A stretch of DNA of 64,000 bases from an uncultured Terriglobales bacterium (lineage in GTDB: Bacteria > Acidobacteriota > Terriglobia > Terriglobales > Acidobacteriaceae). The notes under the pieces were generated by a model that saw nothing but the letters and a program-made list of their open reading frames with translations, was not told where the DNA came from and searched no databases. Shown one piece after another: positions 1 through 9,270 of this stretch (positions are counted from its first letter, which is position 1; each line of letters starts with the position of its first letter). Location of the stretch: NCBI GenBank assembly GCA_964581225.1, contig CAZONJ010000005.1, positions 3,394 through 67,393 on the forward strand, written 5' to 3'. Made by a program: the position numbers and the translations under genes.

Positions 1-1149
1 TGCTACAAACGGACGAACGCCCGCGCTGCCGCCGCCGACCGGGATCGCCGGATAAGCGTCAGGGCCAATAATCGCAATAGTCTTTACGTTGCTCTTATTC
101 AGGGGCAGAAGATTGCCGTCGTTCTTCAACAGGACAATGCCGGATTTCGCCGCTTCGAGCGCGACCTGGCGTCCCTGCTGGTTGAACATTGGAACATTCG
201 GATCGGTCTGGTCGCGGTCAAAGAAGCCAAACTGGATGGCGGTGCGCAGGATTCTCCGCACTTTGTCGTCGATGGTGGCGACGGAAACCTTGCCCTGCTG
301 GATTGCGGGCAAAAGTGTGGCGCGGTTCATGAATTTACCGGAGGGCATTTCCAGGTCAAGGCCGCCATTCGCGGCGGCAACCCCGTCGTAGGTGGCGTCC
401 CAATCCGACATGATGATCCCGGTAAAGCCCCATTCTTTCTTGGCAATCTGGGTATTGAAATTGTCGTTCTGGGTCATGTGGACGCCGTTCACCAGGTTGT
501 AGGAGTCCATAATCGCGCCCACATGGGCCTCCTTCACCGCCGCTTCGAAGGTGGGCAAATAGATTTCGCGGGCCGTCCGCTCATCGATATCGGAGCTGAT
601 GTTGTGGCGGTTGTATTCCTGGTTATTGCCGAAGAAATGCTTGACTGTGGCAATCACTCCCTGGCTCTGGACGCCTTTGATGTAGCCCACCAAAGTGCGC
701 GAAGACAAAAATGGATCTTCGCCATAATATTCAAAGTCTCGTCCGCACATCGGCGCGCGATAAATGTTCACCCCGGGGCCCAGCAGAAAGTGGACGCCTC
801 GCGCCCGCGCATCCTGGCCGATGATCGTGCCGACGCGGTTTAGCAGCTCCGGGTCCCAGGAAGCGGCCAGGGCGATGCCCGCAGGGAAGGTCGTCGCAGG
901 ACCATAATTCCTTACCCCCAACGGCCCGTCGGACATCTTCAACTCCGGTATTCCCAGCTCCTTATAGCCGCGTATGTAGAAGCCCCTCTCGCCTCCGAGC
1001 ATGTCGATCTTCTGTTCCAAGGTCATCTTGCTCAAGATCGACTCGACTCTCTGATCGACCTGACTCTGGGAAGCCGGTGTCGGTGGTTGTGCAACCATCC
1101 CAATTGCCAGCAACAACAGCGTAACCACGCCGCAGGTAAGCTTTCGCAT
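1..1149 (-). CDS. Glycoside hydrolase family 3 (beta-glucosidase-like), secreted. The C-terminus runs off the window start.
   Basis: Absent from the ORF track because it has no in-window stop. Reverse translation from the ATG at 1149-1147 gives MRKLTCGVVTLLLLAIGMVAQ (signal peptide), then LKMSDGPLGVR, KHFFGNNQE and GFTGIIMSDW (GH3 nucleophile region). The frame stays open to base 1 (383 codons). Confidence 0.85.
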   Translation of the reverse strand, partial: MRKLTCGVVTLLLLAIGMVAQPPTPASQSQVDQRVESILSKMTLEQKIDMLGGERGFYIRGYKELGIPELKMSDGPLGVRNYGPATTFPAGIALAASWDPELLNRVGTIIGQDARARGVHFLLGPGVNIYRAPMCGRDFEYYGEDPFLSSRTLVGYIKGVQSQGVIATVKHFFGNNQEYNRHNISSDIDERTAREIYLPTFEAAVKEAHVGAIMDSYNLVNGVHMTQNDNFNTQIAKKEWGFTGIIMSDWDATYDGVAAANGGLDLEMPSGKFMNRATLLPAIQQGKVSVATIDDKVRRILRTAIQFGFFDRDQTDPNVPMFNQQGRQVALEAAKSGIVLLKNDGNLLPLNKSNVKTIAIIGPDAYPAIPVGGGSAGVRPFVA

Positions 1150-1291
1150 GATTAAATTTCCCCCTGATAAGGTGTGCAGAACCACAATTTGAAGCCGGGA
1201 GTAACGCTAAATCTTCATGTACGCCGATGTCAATCATGAGAGCGCCGGGCACGTCAAAAATTTAATCTGAGTAAGGGGATATTTTCCCGGA

Positions 1292-2500
1292 TCACACGAT
1301 GCGCTCAAAGACATAATGCGCCGCATTGAGAGCGGAAAGGATCTCTTTCACGTGTTCGGAGCCGCGCGTCTCCATGGTAAGGTCGATGGCCGTGTCACCC
1401 AGATTCACTCCAAAGTAAGCGCGATCATAGGAGGTTTCCACGATGTTGGCACGAATTTTTGCCAAGACGCCGGTCAGCATGTGAAGCGCTCCGGGATAAT
1501 CGGGCAGATGGATGCGCAGCCGTATCAGGCGTCCATCTTTCACCAGGCCGCGTTCGATGATGCGCGAGAGCATGGAGACATCGATGTTGCCGCCGGAGAT
1601 GATTACCGCGACCTTCTTTCCTGTGCAGGAGGTCTTCTGATTCAGCAGCGCGGCCACAGAGGCGGCCCCAGCGCCCTCGGCCAGCGTCTTTTCCCGCTCT
1701 AAAAGAAGGAGGATTGCGTTCGCGATCTCTTCTTCTTCCACGGTCACAATTTCGTCAACGTATTTCTCCACCATGGGCAGGGTACGCTCCCCTGCCCGGC
1801 GGACGGCGATGCCGTCGGCCAGGGTCGTCGCCACCGGCAGCGTGACCGGATGATGCTCCCTCACCGCCGCCTTCATTGAGGGCAGCCGGGAGGTCTGGAC
1901 CCCGATCACGCGGATGCGCGGATTATGGTGTTTGAGCGCACAGGCCATTCCGCTGATCAGGCCGCCTCCCCCGATAGCGGTCACCACCACCTGAAGGTCG
2001 TGGCATTGCTCGATTAGCTCCAGGCCCAGCGTGCCCTGCCCGGCAATTACGGCGTCATCATCAAAAGGATGCAGGAAGGTCAGACCTTCGCCGTCAGAGC
2101 GTCGCCGGGCCTCGTCGCAAGCCTCGTCATAGTTGGCGCCGTGCAGGACGACCTCGGCCCCATAGCGGCGGGTCGCCATCACCTTATTGAGAGGCGTCGG
2201 CAACGGCATGCAGATCTGCGCAGGAATGCCTCGCTTGGTCGCATGGTAGGAGACCGCCTGAGCATGGTTTCCTGCCGAGGCCGCAATGAGGCCTCCCTGC
2301 CGCTCTTCAGGGGTAAGTGTGAGAATTTTATTGAGCGCACCCCGCTCCTTATAGGAGCCGGTCATCTGCAGGTTCTCCAGCTTGAGAAACACGGTATTGC
2401 CGGTAAGCTGGGAAAAAGTTTCGGAGTACGAACAGGGAGAGATGAAGATGGACTCCCGAATCCGCCCGTAGGCCTGCTGTATGTCGTCGATCGTGACCAT
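1292..2500 (-). CDS. ilvA: Threonine ammonia-lyase (threonine dehydratase) with one C-terminal ACT-like regulatory domain
   Basis: 402-aa ORF. It has the PLP-lysine motif TGSYKERGA, the glycine loop GGGGLISG and a C-terminal regulatory domain. Confidence 0.85.
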   Translation of the reverse strand: MVTIDDIQQAYGRIRESIFISPCSYSETFSQLTGNTVFLKLENLQMTGSYKERGALNKILTLTPEERQGGLIAASAGNHAQAVSYHATKRGIPAQICMPLPTPLNKVMATRRYGAEVVLHGANYDEACDEARRRSDGEGLTFLHPFDDDAVIAGQGTLGLELIEQCHDLQVVVTAIGGGGLISGMACALKHHNPRIRVIGVQTSRLPSMKAAVREHHPVTLPVATTLADGIAVRRAGERTLPMVEKYVDEIVTVEEEEIANAILLLLEREKTLAEGAGAASVAALLNQKTSCTGKKVAVIISGGNIDVSMLSRIIERGLVKDGRLIRLRIHLPDYPGALHMLTGVLAKIRANIVETSYDRAYFGVNLGDTAIDLTMETRGSEHVKEILSALNAAHYVFERIV

Positions 2501-2562
2501 AAGCTGAAACTACAATCTTACAGGTGCACGGGAGAATCGGGCGATTCGATATGCCTGCAAGG

Positions 2563-2599
2563 CAAAAATGCGGCTGCCGAGTGGGCACTCGCCAGCCGC
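2563..2599 (-). terminator. Rho-independent terminator downstream of the outer-membrane beta-barrel gene
   Basis: GC-rich hairpin at 2570-2599 (GCGGCTG...CAGCCGC outer stem, CGAGTG/CACTCG inner stem). On the minus strand it is followed by ATTTTTG (plus-strand AAAAA at 2564-2568). It lies 26 nt after the stop of the 2625-3206 gene. Confidence 0.6.
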
Positions 2600-2624
2600 A
2601 TTTGGTTCGACCGCAAAAACACTA

Positions 2625-3206
2625 TCAGAACCGGATGGTCGGACCTACGGTGATTTTCAGATTGTGATTAGCGCCGTTGTCGAAGTACATCTCGTCGCCG
2701 AGTTCGGTGCGGATGCCAAACGGGCCGGCAAAAAATTCAACTCCACCGGCGGGATAGAAGACCCCATTCAGGTCGGTATTGCTATAGGAAGTGAGCTGGG
2801 CATTTCCAAAGGTCGCCGGACCAGTGTTGGTGCCGAACCGCAAAAAGCCTCCCTTTAGGGTGACAAATGGCCGCAGCGGGAAATTCCGGGTGAACTGGAA
2901 CTTAGGCCCGAAGAGTCCATGGGTAAGCCGCAAGCTGGAACGGGTGGTATTGGTTGTGCCGGTGCTTGTATTGAAGGTAAGCGTGTTATAGCTCTGCTCG
3001 AAGTCGTAAGCGCCCTCTGCTTCGAGAGCGACATTGGGATGGAAGTTGAAACCAATACGGCCGCCTACTCCGTAAAAATTCAGGTTGTTGGCTTGATGCG
3101 CGCGAAAGTAATCGACAAATACTCCTACTTCGCCGTGGTCCTGCGCAAAAAGCGCGGGAACACCGGACAATCCAAAAAATAATAAGAGCAATGTTAAGCG
3201 TTTCAT
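2625..3206 (-). CDS. Small outer-membrane beta-barrel protein (OmpA-like/OmpW-like beta-barrel family)
   Basis: Signal peptide MKRLTLLLLFFGLSGVPALFAQ, alternating aromatic/Gly-rich beta-strand pattern, and a C-terminal ...TVGPTIRF ending in Phe, typical of OMPs. Confidence 0.7.
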   Translation of the reverse strand: MKRLTLLLLFFGLSGVPALFAQDHGEVGVFVDYFRAHQANNLNFYGVGGRIGFNFHPNVALEAEGAYDFEQSYNTLTFNTSTGTTNTTRSSLRLTHGLFGPKFQFTRNFPLRPFVTLKGGFLRFGTNTGPATFGNAQLTSYSNTDLNGVFYPAGGVEFFAGPFGIRTELGDEMYFDNGANHNLKITVGPTIRF

Positions 3207-3453
3207 TAGCGTTGTCTCCCTTAGCTGTTGTCTTTCATGCCCGCCAATCCCAGCACCTGCCCTACTAGGCAGATTCTGCTTGCTGGTTTTAGCGAATCAC
3301 AAAACTTTAGACAGGAGCTTCGCTCAGGGAGTTGGCCCGATTTTAGTTTTGCTGAAGGGGCCTTTACGGGCAACCCTGAGTTTTTCGGTTATGGATGTTT
3401 TCCTGAAAACTAAGCGTCAATGCGCGTCATCTCACCTTAAGGGAGGCACTCCT

Positions 3454-3744
3454 ATGGTTCGAGGCAGTCTCGATATCAAGAGATTAAGCAATACGGCAAG
3501 CACTTCTGATATATACGAGGTCTATTTCCAGGACCTTTCCGGCGATACCTATACCGCCAGCATGACGGGAGAAGAAGTTGAAGAGCTCATCTTCAATAAG
3601 CTGCGGCTCAATATGGAAATCGAGGACATTCGCTCCTGCATCGACGATTTGAAACGCTCCGGCCGGGTCTTCATTGCGGACATCGAGACGGGAAAAGCCG
3701 ATCTTGTCGGATCGGGGCTGCGCTATTTGCCCTACGCAGGATGA
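3454..3744 (+). CDS. Hypothetical small cytoplasmic protein (96 aa)
   Basis: ATG at 3454 preceded by GGGAGG 7 nt upstream. The part of the track ORF upstream of this point (3280-3453) looks non-coding. No recognisable motif. Confidence 0.45.
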   Translation: MVRGSLDIKRLSNTASTSDIYEVYFQDLSGDTYTASMTGEEVEELIFNKLRLNMEIEDIRSCIDDLKRSGRVFIADIETGKADLVGSGLRYLPYAG

Positions 3745-3798
3745 GCGTCCGGTAAAGGGGCCCCAGCAGAAAAGCTTCAAGCGCAAAATGCGCCGCTT

Positions 3799-4842
3799 CT
3801 ATCGATTCACAGGCTGGGCGGAAAATTTACGACTGAGATCGGCGGCAATCTGGCGTCCGTGGAAACGTCCATTTTCTATGAAAATCTCGCTGGTGCGAGA
3901 GCCGGCCACGATGACGCCGGCAAGATAGATGCCGGGCACGTTCGATTCCAGGGTCTGCGTATCGCACACCGGACGGTCCTGCTCGCCGGAACATGCGACT
4001 CCCAGAGAGCGCAGAAATTCAAAATCAGGACGATACCCGGTCAGCGCAAATACAAAATCATTGGGAATCTCTTGTATTCCCTCCGGAGTCTTCAATATCA
4101 CCGAGCGGTCCTTAATTTCTTCCACGCTGGTGTTGAAGTAAGCGGCGATCTCTCCGTTTTTTATTCGGTTCTCGATGTCCGGCAGTATCCAGTACTTCAC
4201 GTGCTTGTGAATGCCGGGCCCGCGATGCACCAGGGTGACACGGGCGCCGTGCCGCCACAGCTCCAGGGAAGCGATCGCGGCCGAGTTCTTCCCGCCAATC
4301 ACCAGCACATCGGTATCGTAGTAAGGATGCGGCTCCCGGTAATAATGATTGACCTTGGGCAGCTCTTCTCCGGGAATCCGCATGAGGTTGGGGAGATCGT
4401 AATAGCCGGTAGCGACAATCAGCTTGCGCGCATCATAGATGTGCCTGACGCCATGCTGGTCCTCGACCTCGACACGGAACTCTCCGTCCGAGCCTTCAAC
4501 TTTTTCGACCCGCTGATACTGCCGCACATCGAGTTGGTAGTGCTGCGCGACCTTGCGGTAGTATTCGAGCGCTTCCATGCGCGTAGGCTTGGCGTGCGTG
4601 CTGGGGAAAGGAATGTCGCCGATCTCCAGCAGCTCCGAGGTGGTAAAAAAGGTCATGTTCGCAGGATAGTGATAGAGGGAATTGACCAGGCAGCCCTTCT
4701 CCACCATCACCGTCTGGAGGCCGGCGCGTTGGGCATCAATGGCGCACGCCATCCCGGTGGGACCCGCGCCGATGACCAGGACATCGAAAATACCTTCGTT
4801 CGCCATAGCGTTTAGATGCTCTATGGTACTTGGCCGCTCCAT
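3799..4842 (-). CDS. FAD/NAD(P)-dependent pyridine nucleotide-disulfide oxidoreductase, YpdA-like (thioredoxin-reductase-like)
   Basis: VLVIGAGPTGMACA dinucleotide fold, second Rossmann motif VIGGKNSAAIASLEL, and the N-terminal region NMTFFTTSELLEIGDIPF typical of the YpdA family. The start may be the internal MANEGIF (4806). Confidence 0.7.
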   Translation of the reverse strand: MERPSTIEHLNAMANEGIFDVLVIGAGPTGMACAIDAQRAGLQTVMVEKGCLVNSLYHYPANMTFFTTSELLEIGDIPFPSTHAKPTRMEALEYYRKVAQHYQLDVRQYQRVEKVEGSDGEFRVEVEDQHGVRHIYDARKLIVATGYYDLPNLMRIPGEELPKVNHYYREPHPYYDTDVLVIGGKNSAAIASLELWRHGARVTLVHRGPGIHKHVKYWILPDIENRIKNGEIAAYFNTSVEEIKDRSVILKTPEGIQEIPNDFVFALTGYRPDFEFLRSLGVACSGEQDRPVCDTQTLESNVPGIYLAGVIVAGSRTSEIFIENGRFHGRQIAADLSRKFSAQPVNR

Positions 4843-4974
4843 ATCTGGATAGCTCTTTTCCCTATGTGGTTTTGGACACGCGGAAAGCGGTCATGATTCA
4901 GGCGTCCGCGCGCGCTTCGTCCTCTGCCGGGATTGTTATAATGACAGGTTTGCCATCCACTTCAGGAGCGCTTC

Positions 4975-6408
4975 ATGTCGACGCAGGTCCCCATCCGTAA
5001 GGAAAAAGATTCCCTTGGCTACAAGGAGCTACCCGCAAATGTGTACTACGGAGTGCAGACCGCGCGCGCGGTGGAGAATTATCCGATCTCCGGAATGCGC
5101 GCCCACCCGACCTTGATTCGCGCCTTTGGCATGGTCAAACGCGCCGCCGCCGAGGCCAACAAGGCCCTGGGGCTGGTGGACGCGACGCGCATCGACGCCA
5201 TTATCGCCGCCGCGCAAGAGGTGATCGACGGCAAGTGGGACCGGGAATTTGTGGTCGATGTCTTCCAGGCGGGGGCCGGCGTGAGCTTCCACATGAATAC
5301 CAACGAGGTGATCGCGAACCGCGCCAATGAGATCCTCGGAGGAAAATTGGGGGAGTACGATCATGTCCACCCCAACGATCACGTCAACTATGGACAATCC
5401 ACCAACGACGTCTTCCCTACCGGAATGCGCCTGGCCACGCTGCTGGAGTTGGAGAAGCTCTATCCTGTCCTCGATTCGCTGGCTGCGGCCTGCGAAGCCA
5501 AGGCAAAAGAATTCGATGAGGTGATGAAATCCGGACGCACCCACATGCAGGATGCCGTCCCCATCCGGCTTGGGCAGGAGTTCGCAGCGTATGGGCTGGC
5601 GATCAGGAAGGCCAGTGAAAACATCCGCAGCAATTCCGAAGATCTGCGCGAGCTTGGCTTGGGCGGCTCCGCCGTGGGCACCGGTATTAACACCCATCCC
5701 CACTATCGTGAAAAGGCCATCGCCAACCTGGCGCGCATCTCCGGGCAAAAGCTGGTCCCTGCCAAGGACATGCGCTGGGCGATGCAGTCCAACGCTCCCA
5801 TGGCACAGCTCTCGGCGGCATTGCGCAATCTCGCACTGGAGATCATCCGCATCTCGAATGACATACGCCTGATCTCTTCCGGGCCGAACACCGGCTTGGC
5901 GGAGATCAATCTGCCGGGCCTTCAGCCGGGCTCTTCGATCATGCCCGGCAAGATCAATCCGGTTATGCCGGAGCTGGCGGCGATGGTCTCGTTTCAGGTG
6001 GTTGGCAACGATGCGGCGGTCTCGCTGGCGGTGCAGGCAGGACAGCTTGAGTTGAACGTGATGATGCCTACCATGGCCTACAACGTGCTCCAGTCCATCA
6101 CCATCATGACCAACATGCTGCGCCAGTTCACGGAAAAATGTATTGCCGGCATCACCGCCAACCGCGAGCGCTGCAACTTCTACGCCCAAAGCACCGTCTC
6201 ACTGGCCACGGCGCTCAACCCGTATATCGGCTATGCCAAGGCTGCCGAGATCGTGAAAGAGTCGGTTGCGACCGGAAAATCGATCATTGAGATTGCGCGC
6301 AGCCGCGGGCTGCTCAGCGAAAAGGACATTGCGGAGATCCTCGATGCAAAACGCATGACCGAGCCACAGATGCCGCTGGAGGCCGCCAAGGAGCGGGACC
6401 GCAGGTGA
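4975..6408 (+). CDS. aspA: Aspartate ammonia-lyase (class II fumarase/aspartase family)
   Basis: Fumarate-lyase signature GSSIMPGKINPVMPE (the NPV-PE variant favours aspartase over FumC) and an N-terminus KDSLGYKELPANVYYGVQTARAVENYPISG. Confidence 0.8.
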   Translation: MSTQVPIRKEKDSLGYKELPANVYYGVQTARAVENYPISGMRAHPTLIRAFGMVKRAAAEANKALGLVDATRIDAIIAAAQEVIDGKWDREFVVDVFQAGAGVSFHMNTNEVIANRANEILGGKLGEYDHVHPNDHVNYGQSTNDVFPTGMRLATLLELEKLYPVLDSLAAACEAKAKEFDEVMKSGRTHMQDAVPIRLGQEFAAYGLAIRKASENIRSNSEDLRELGLGGSAVGTGINTHPHYREKAIANLARISGQKLVPAKDMRWAMQSNAPMAQLSAALRNLALEIIRISNDIRLISSGPNTGLAEINLPGLQPGSSIMPGKINPVMPELAAMVSFQVVGNDAAVSLAVQAGQLELNVMMPTMAYNVLQSITIMTNMLRQFTEKCIAGITANRERCNFYAQSTVSLATALNPYIGYAKAAEIVKESVATGKSIIEIARSRGLLSEKDIAEILDAKRMTEPQMPLEAAKERDRR

Positions 6409-6458
6409 AAAGGCAGACCTTAATAGTGACTCCCGCGCGCAGAACCCATAAAATGTAA

Positions 6459-7511
6459 TTGTCTATGTCGCTTACCCGAGAAGAAGCCCTCGATCTGTTC
6501 CAGTCCGACGATTTGATTGGCCTTGGCATGGAGGCCGATGCCCTGCGCCGCAAGCTCCATCCCGAAGGCGTGGTCACTTACATCATCGACCGCAATATCA
6601 ATTATACCAACTTCTGCACGGAATATTGCACCTTCTGCGCCTTTTACCGCCCGTTGAAGGGCAAGCTGGCCAGCGAAGGTTACATCCTCGATTTCGATAC
6701 CATCCATGAGAAGATCCGCGAGACGGTCGAGCTGGGCGGCACTGGGGTGCTGATGCAGGGCGGCTTGCATCCTGATCTCAAGATCGACTGGCATGAGCGC
6801 CTGCTGCGCGGCATCAAACAGCGCTTCCCCAAGGTCCATCTGCATTGCTATTCGGCTTCGGAGATCCTGGCCATCGCCGAATACAGCGAACTCAGCGTCC
6901 GTGACACCATCCTTCGCCTGCGCGATGCCGGCCTGGATTCGATTCCCGGCGGCGGCGCCGAGGTCCTCGACGATGAAGTCCGCCATCGCATCGCCCGCCT
7001 GAAATGCCTGACCGAAGACTGGCTCCTGGTCCATCGCACTGCCCATCAGTTGGGCATGAGGACCACGGCGACCATGATGTTTGGAGTGGGAGAAAGCTTC
7101 GAGCATCGCATTAACCATTTCCAGCGGGTGCGCGAGCTTCAGGAAGAGACTGGAGGATTTACCGCGTTCATTCCCTGGTCATTTCAGCCAGGAAACACCG
7201 CGCTGGGCGGCCGCAAGTGGGACGAAGCCACCTCGGTCGAATACTTGAAGGTGCTGGCTATCGCCCGGCTTTACCTGGACAACATCCAGAACATCCAGGC
7301 CAGTTGGGTCACTCAGGGATTGAAGGTCCTGCAGCTTGGGCTGCGCTTTGGCGGCAATGACGTGGGTTCGGTCATGCTCGAAGAGAACGTGGTGCGCTCC
7401 GCCGGGGTCTCCAACTGCACTACCGAAGAGGAGCTGCGGTTCATTATCCGCGATGCAGGCTTCCGCCCGGTGCAGCGCGATACCCTCTATCGGACTTATT
7501 TCCTGAATTAG
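6459..7511 (+). CDS. mqnC: Cyclic dehypoxanthinyl futalosine synthase (radical SAM, futalosine menaquinone pathway)
   Basis: VTYIIDRNINYTNFCTEYCTFCAFYRP (CxxxCxxC radical SAM cluster in the MqnC-type context), 350 aa. Confidence 0.75.
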   Translation: MSMSLTREEALDLFQSDDLIGLGMEADALRRKLHPEGVVTYIIDRNINYTNFCTEYCTFCAFYRPLKGKLASEGYILDFDTIHEKIRETVELGGTGVLMQGGLHPDLKIDWHERLLRGIKQRFPKVHLHCYSASEILAIAEYSELSVRDTILRLRDAGLDSIPGGGAEVLDDEVRHRIARLKCLTEDWLLVHRTAHQLGMRTTATMMFGVGESFEHRINHFQRVRELQEETGGFTAFIPWSFQPGNTALGGRKWDEATSVEYLKVLAIARLYLDNIQNIQASWVTQGLKVLQLGLRFGGNDVGSVMLEENVVRSAGVSNCTTEEELRFIIRDAGFRPVQRDTLYRTYFLN

Positions 7512-7612
7512 CTGCTCCGGAAATTGCAATTTAGCAGCGGTCCGCGCAGCTCTCATTTACAATTTTCTAATTCGATACCTCTGCGTTACCAGGGAGAGTT
7601 GCTCTGCCATTC

Positions 7613-9226
7613 TTGTCTGCAGCCTATATTTTTATGATGGTGGCCAGGGACTGGCGTCACTACATAAAGTCGCATTACCTGGATAAGACCTTTAAGGGGC
7701 TTTATACGCCCAACGCCTTCGACCTGGCGCTGCTGATTCCCTACTTTATCGTGCTGATCATCCTCGCTGGCTACGGTATCCACCGTTACGTGCTGGTCTA
7801 CATGTATTACAAAAATCGCAAGCACCGGGCGGAGGAACCGCCCAGCCGCTTTACCGAACTGCCGCGTGTGACCGTTCAGTTGCCGATCTTCAACGAGCAG
7901 TTCGTGGTGGACCGTCTGGTCGAGGCCATCTGCCGGCTCGATTATCCCAAAGACAAGCTCGATATCCAGGTGCTCGACGATTCGACCGATGAGACCGTGG
8001 AGGTTGCCCATGCGGTGGTACAGCGATACGCCGCCCTGGGTAATCCTATCTCCTACCTTCACCGCAGCAACCGTTATGGATTCAAGGCCGGGGCATTGCA
8101 GGAGGGCCTCAAGACGGCGAAAGGCGAATTTGTCGCCATCTTTGACGCCGACTTCGTCCCCCCGGAGGACTGGCTGCTCAAGGTGGTCCATCACTTCGCC
8201 GAGCCTCAAATCGGGATGGTGCAGACCCGATGGACGCACCTGAACCGCGATTATTCCTTCCTCACCAATGTGGAAGCGATCCTGCTGGATGGGCACTTCG
8301 TCCTGGAGCATGGTGGACGCTCGCGCAGCGATGTCTTCTTCAATTTCAACGGCACTGCCGGCATGTGGCGGCGGCAGGCCATCGAAGATGCCGGAGGCTG
8401 GGAGCACGACACCCTTACCGAAGACACCGATCTCTCCTACCGCGCCCAGCTCAAAGGATGGAAGTTCAAATATCTGCAAAATGTCGAATGTCCGGCGGAG
8501 CTGCCCATTGAGATGACCGCCTTTAAGACCCAGCAGGCACGATGGGCCAAGGGGCTTATCCAGACCGGCAAAAAGATCCTGCCCAAGGTATTCAGCAGCG
8601 ATGTCCCTCGCCGGGTGAAAATCGAGTCCTGGTACCACCTGACCGCTAATCTCAGCTATCCGCTGATGATCGTGCTCTCGACCCTGCTGCTGCCGGCGAT
8701 GATCATCCGCTCCTTCGGCGGATTGTTCCAGATGCTGCTGATCGACCTGCCGCTGTTCCTGGCCTCGACCTTCTCGATTTCCAGCTTCTATCTGGTTTCA
8801 CAAAAAGAACTCTTCCCCAGAAGCTGGCCTCGGACCTTCCTCTACCTGCCTTTCCTGATGGCGCTGGGCATCGGGTTGACCATCACCAATACCAAAGCCG
8901 TGATGGAGGCGCTGTTTGGCGTGAAGTCCTCTTTTGTGCGCACGCCGAAATACCGCGTGCAGAAGCGTAACGAAAAATCCGCCGCAGCCAGCAAATACCG
9001 CAAGCGCCTGGGGATCGTCCCCTGGATCGAGCTGACCATCGGATGCTATTTTGCGCTCACCATCTGGTACGCCGTCTATAGCGGCAACTACTTCACCGTC
9101 CCGTTCCTGATGATTTTTGTGATTGGGTATTGGTACACCGGATTGATGTCGCTGCTGCAGGGGCGCTTTGACAAATTAAGCCTTCGCGGCGAGCCGCACA
9201 CCAAGCCTTTTCCGGTGGGCGTGTGA
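7613..9226 (+). CDS. Processive family-2 glycosyltransferase (cellulose-synthase-like/CslA-like beta-glycan synthase) with N- and C-terminal TM helices
   Basis: DDSTD, FDADF (DxD), TEDTDLSYR and QQARW (QxxRW) motifs, with hydrophobic segments at both ends. Confidence 0.8.
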   Translation: MSAAYIFMMVARDWRHYIKSHYLDKTFKGLYTPNAFDLALLIPYFIVLIILAGYGIHRYVLVYMYYKNRKHRAEEPPSRFTELPRVTVQLPIFNEQFVVDRLVEAICRLDYPKDKLDIQVLDDSTDETVEVAHAVVQRYAALGNPISYLHRSNRYGFKAGALQEGLKTAKGEFVAIFDADFVPPEDWLLKVVHHFAEPQIGMVQTRWTHLNRDYSFLTNVEAILLDGHFVLEHGGRSRSDVFFNFNGTAGMWRRQAIEDAGGWEHDTLTEDTDLSYRAQLKGWKFKYLQNVECPAELPIEMTAFKTQQARWAKGLIQTGKKILPKVFSSDVPRRVKIESWYHLTANLSYPLMIVLSTLLLPAMIIRSFGGLFQMLLIDLPLFLASTFSISSFYLVSQKELFPRSWPRTFLYLPFLMALGIGLTITNTKAVMEALFGVKSSFVRTPKYRVQKRNEKSAAASKYRKRLGIVPWIELTIGCYFALTIWYAVYSGNYFTVPFLMIFVIGYWYTGLMSLLQGRFDKLSLRGEPHTKPFPVGV

Positions 9227-9270
9227 TCCGCTCATGCTAAAATTCGCTGCCTGAAAACCTGGGAGGTCTT

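Noticed and set aside
962-1252. 96-aa minus-strand ORF overlapping the 5' end of the GH3 gene
   Set aside because: It is out of frame with the GH3 reading frame, which starts at 1149 with a good signal peptide and continues to base 1. The product has no features.
3280-3453. N-terminal 58 codons of the 154-aa track ORF
   Set aside because: There is no RBS and the composition looks non-coding. A GGGAGG-preceded ATG at 3454 is the more plausible start.
7511-7538. Hairpin GCTGCT-...AAATTGCAATTT...-AGCAGC after mqnC as a terminator
   Set aside because: The stem is short, the loop is large and asymmetric, and no U-tract follows. It is noted but not called.
7586-8638. Long ORFs antisense to confidently called genes. 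Examples: 7586-8638(-), 3859-4815(+), 5029-6189(-), 13428-14345(-), 18194-19258(-), 20800-21780(-), 28251-29369(+), 32612-33730(+), 33734-34789(+), 50421-51656(+), 56912-57883(-) and 58752-59921(+).
   Set aside because: These are shadow ORFs typical of GC-rich DNA. Their products are Arg/Gly/Pro/His-rich low-complexity strings with no motifs. The opposite strand in each case encodes a protein with clear family signatures.
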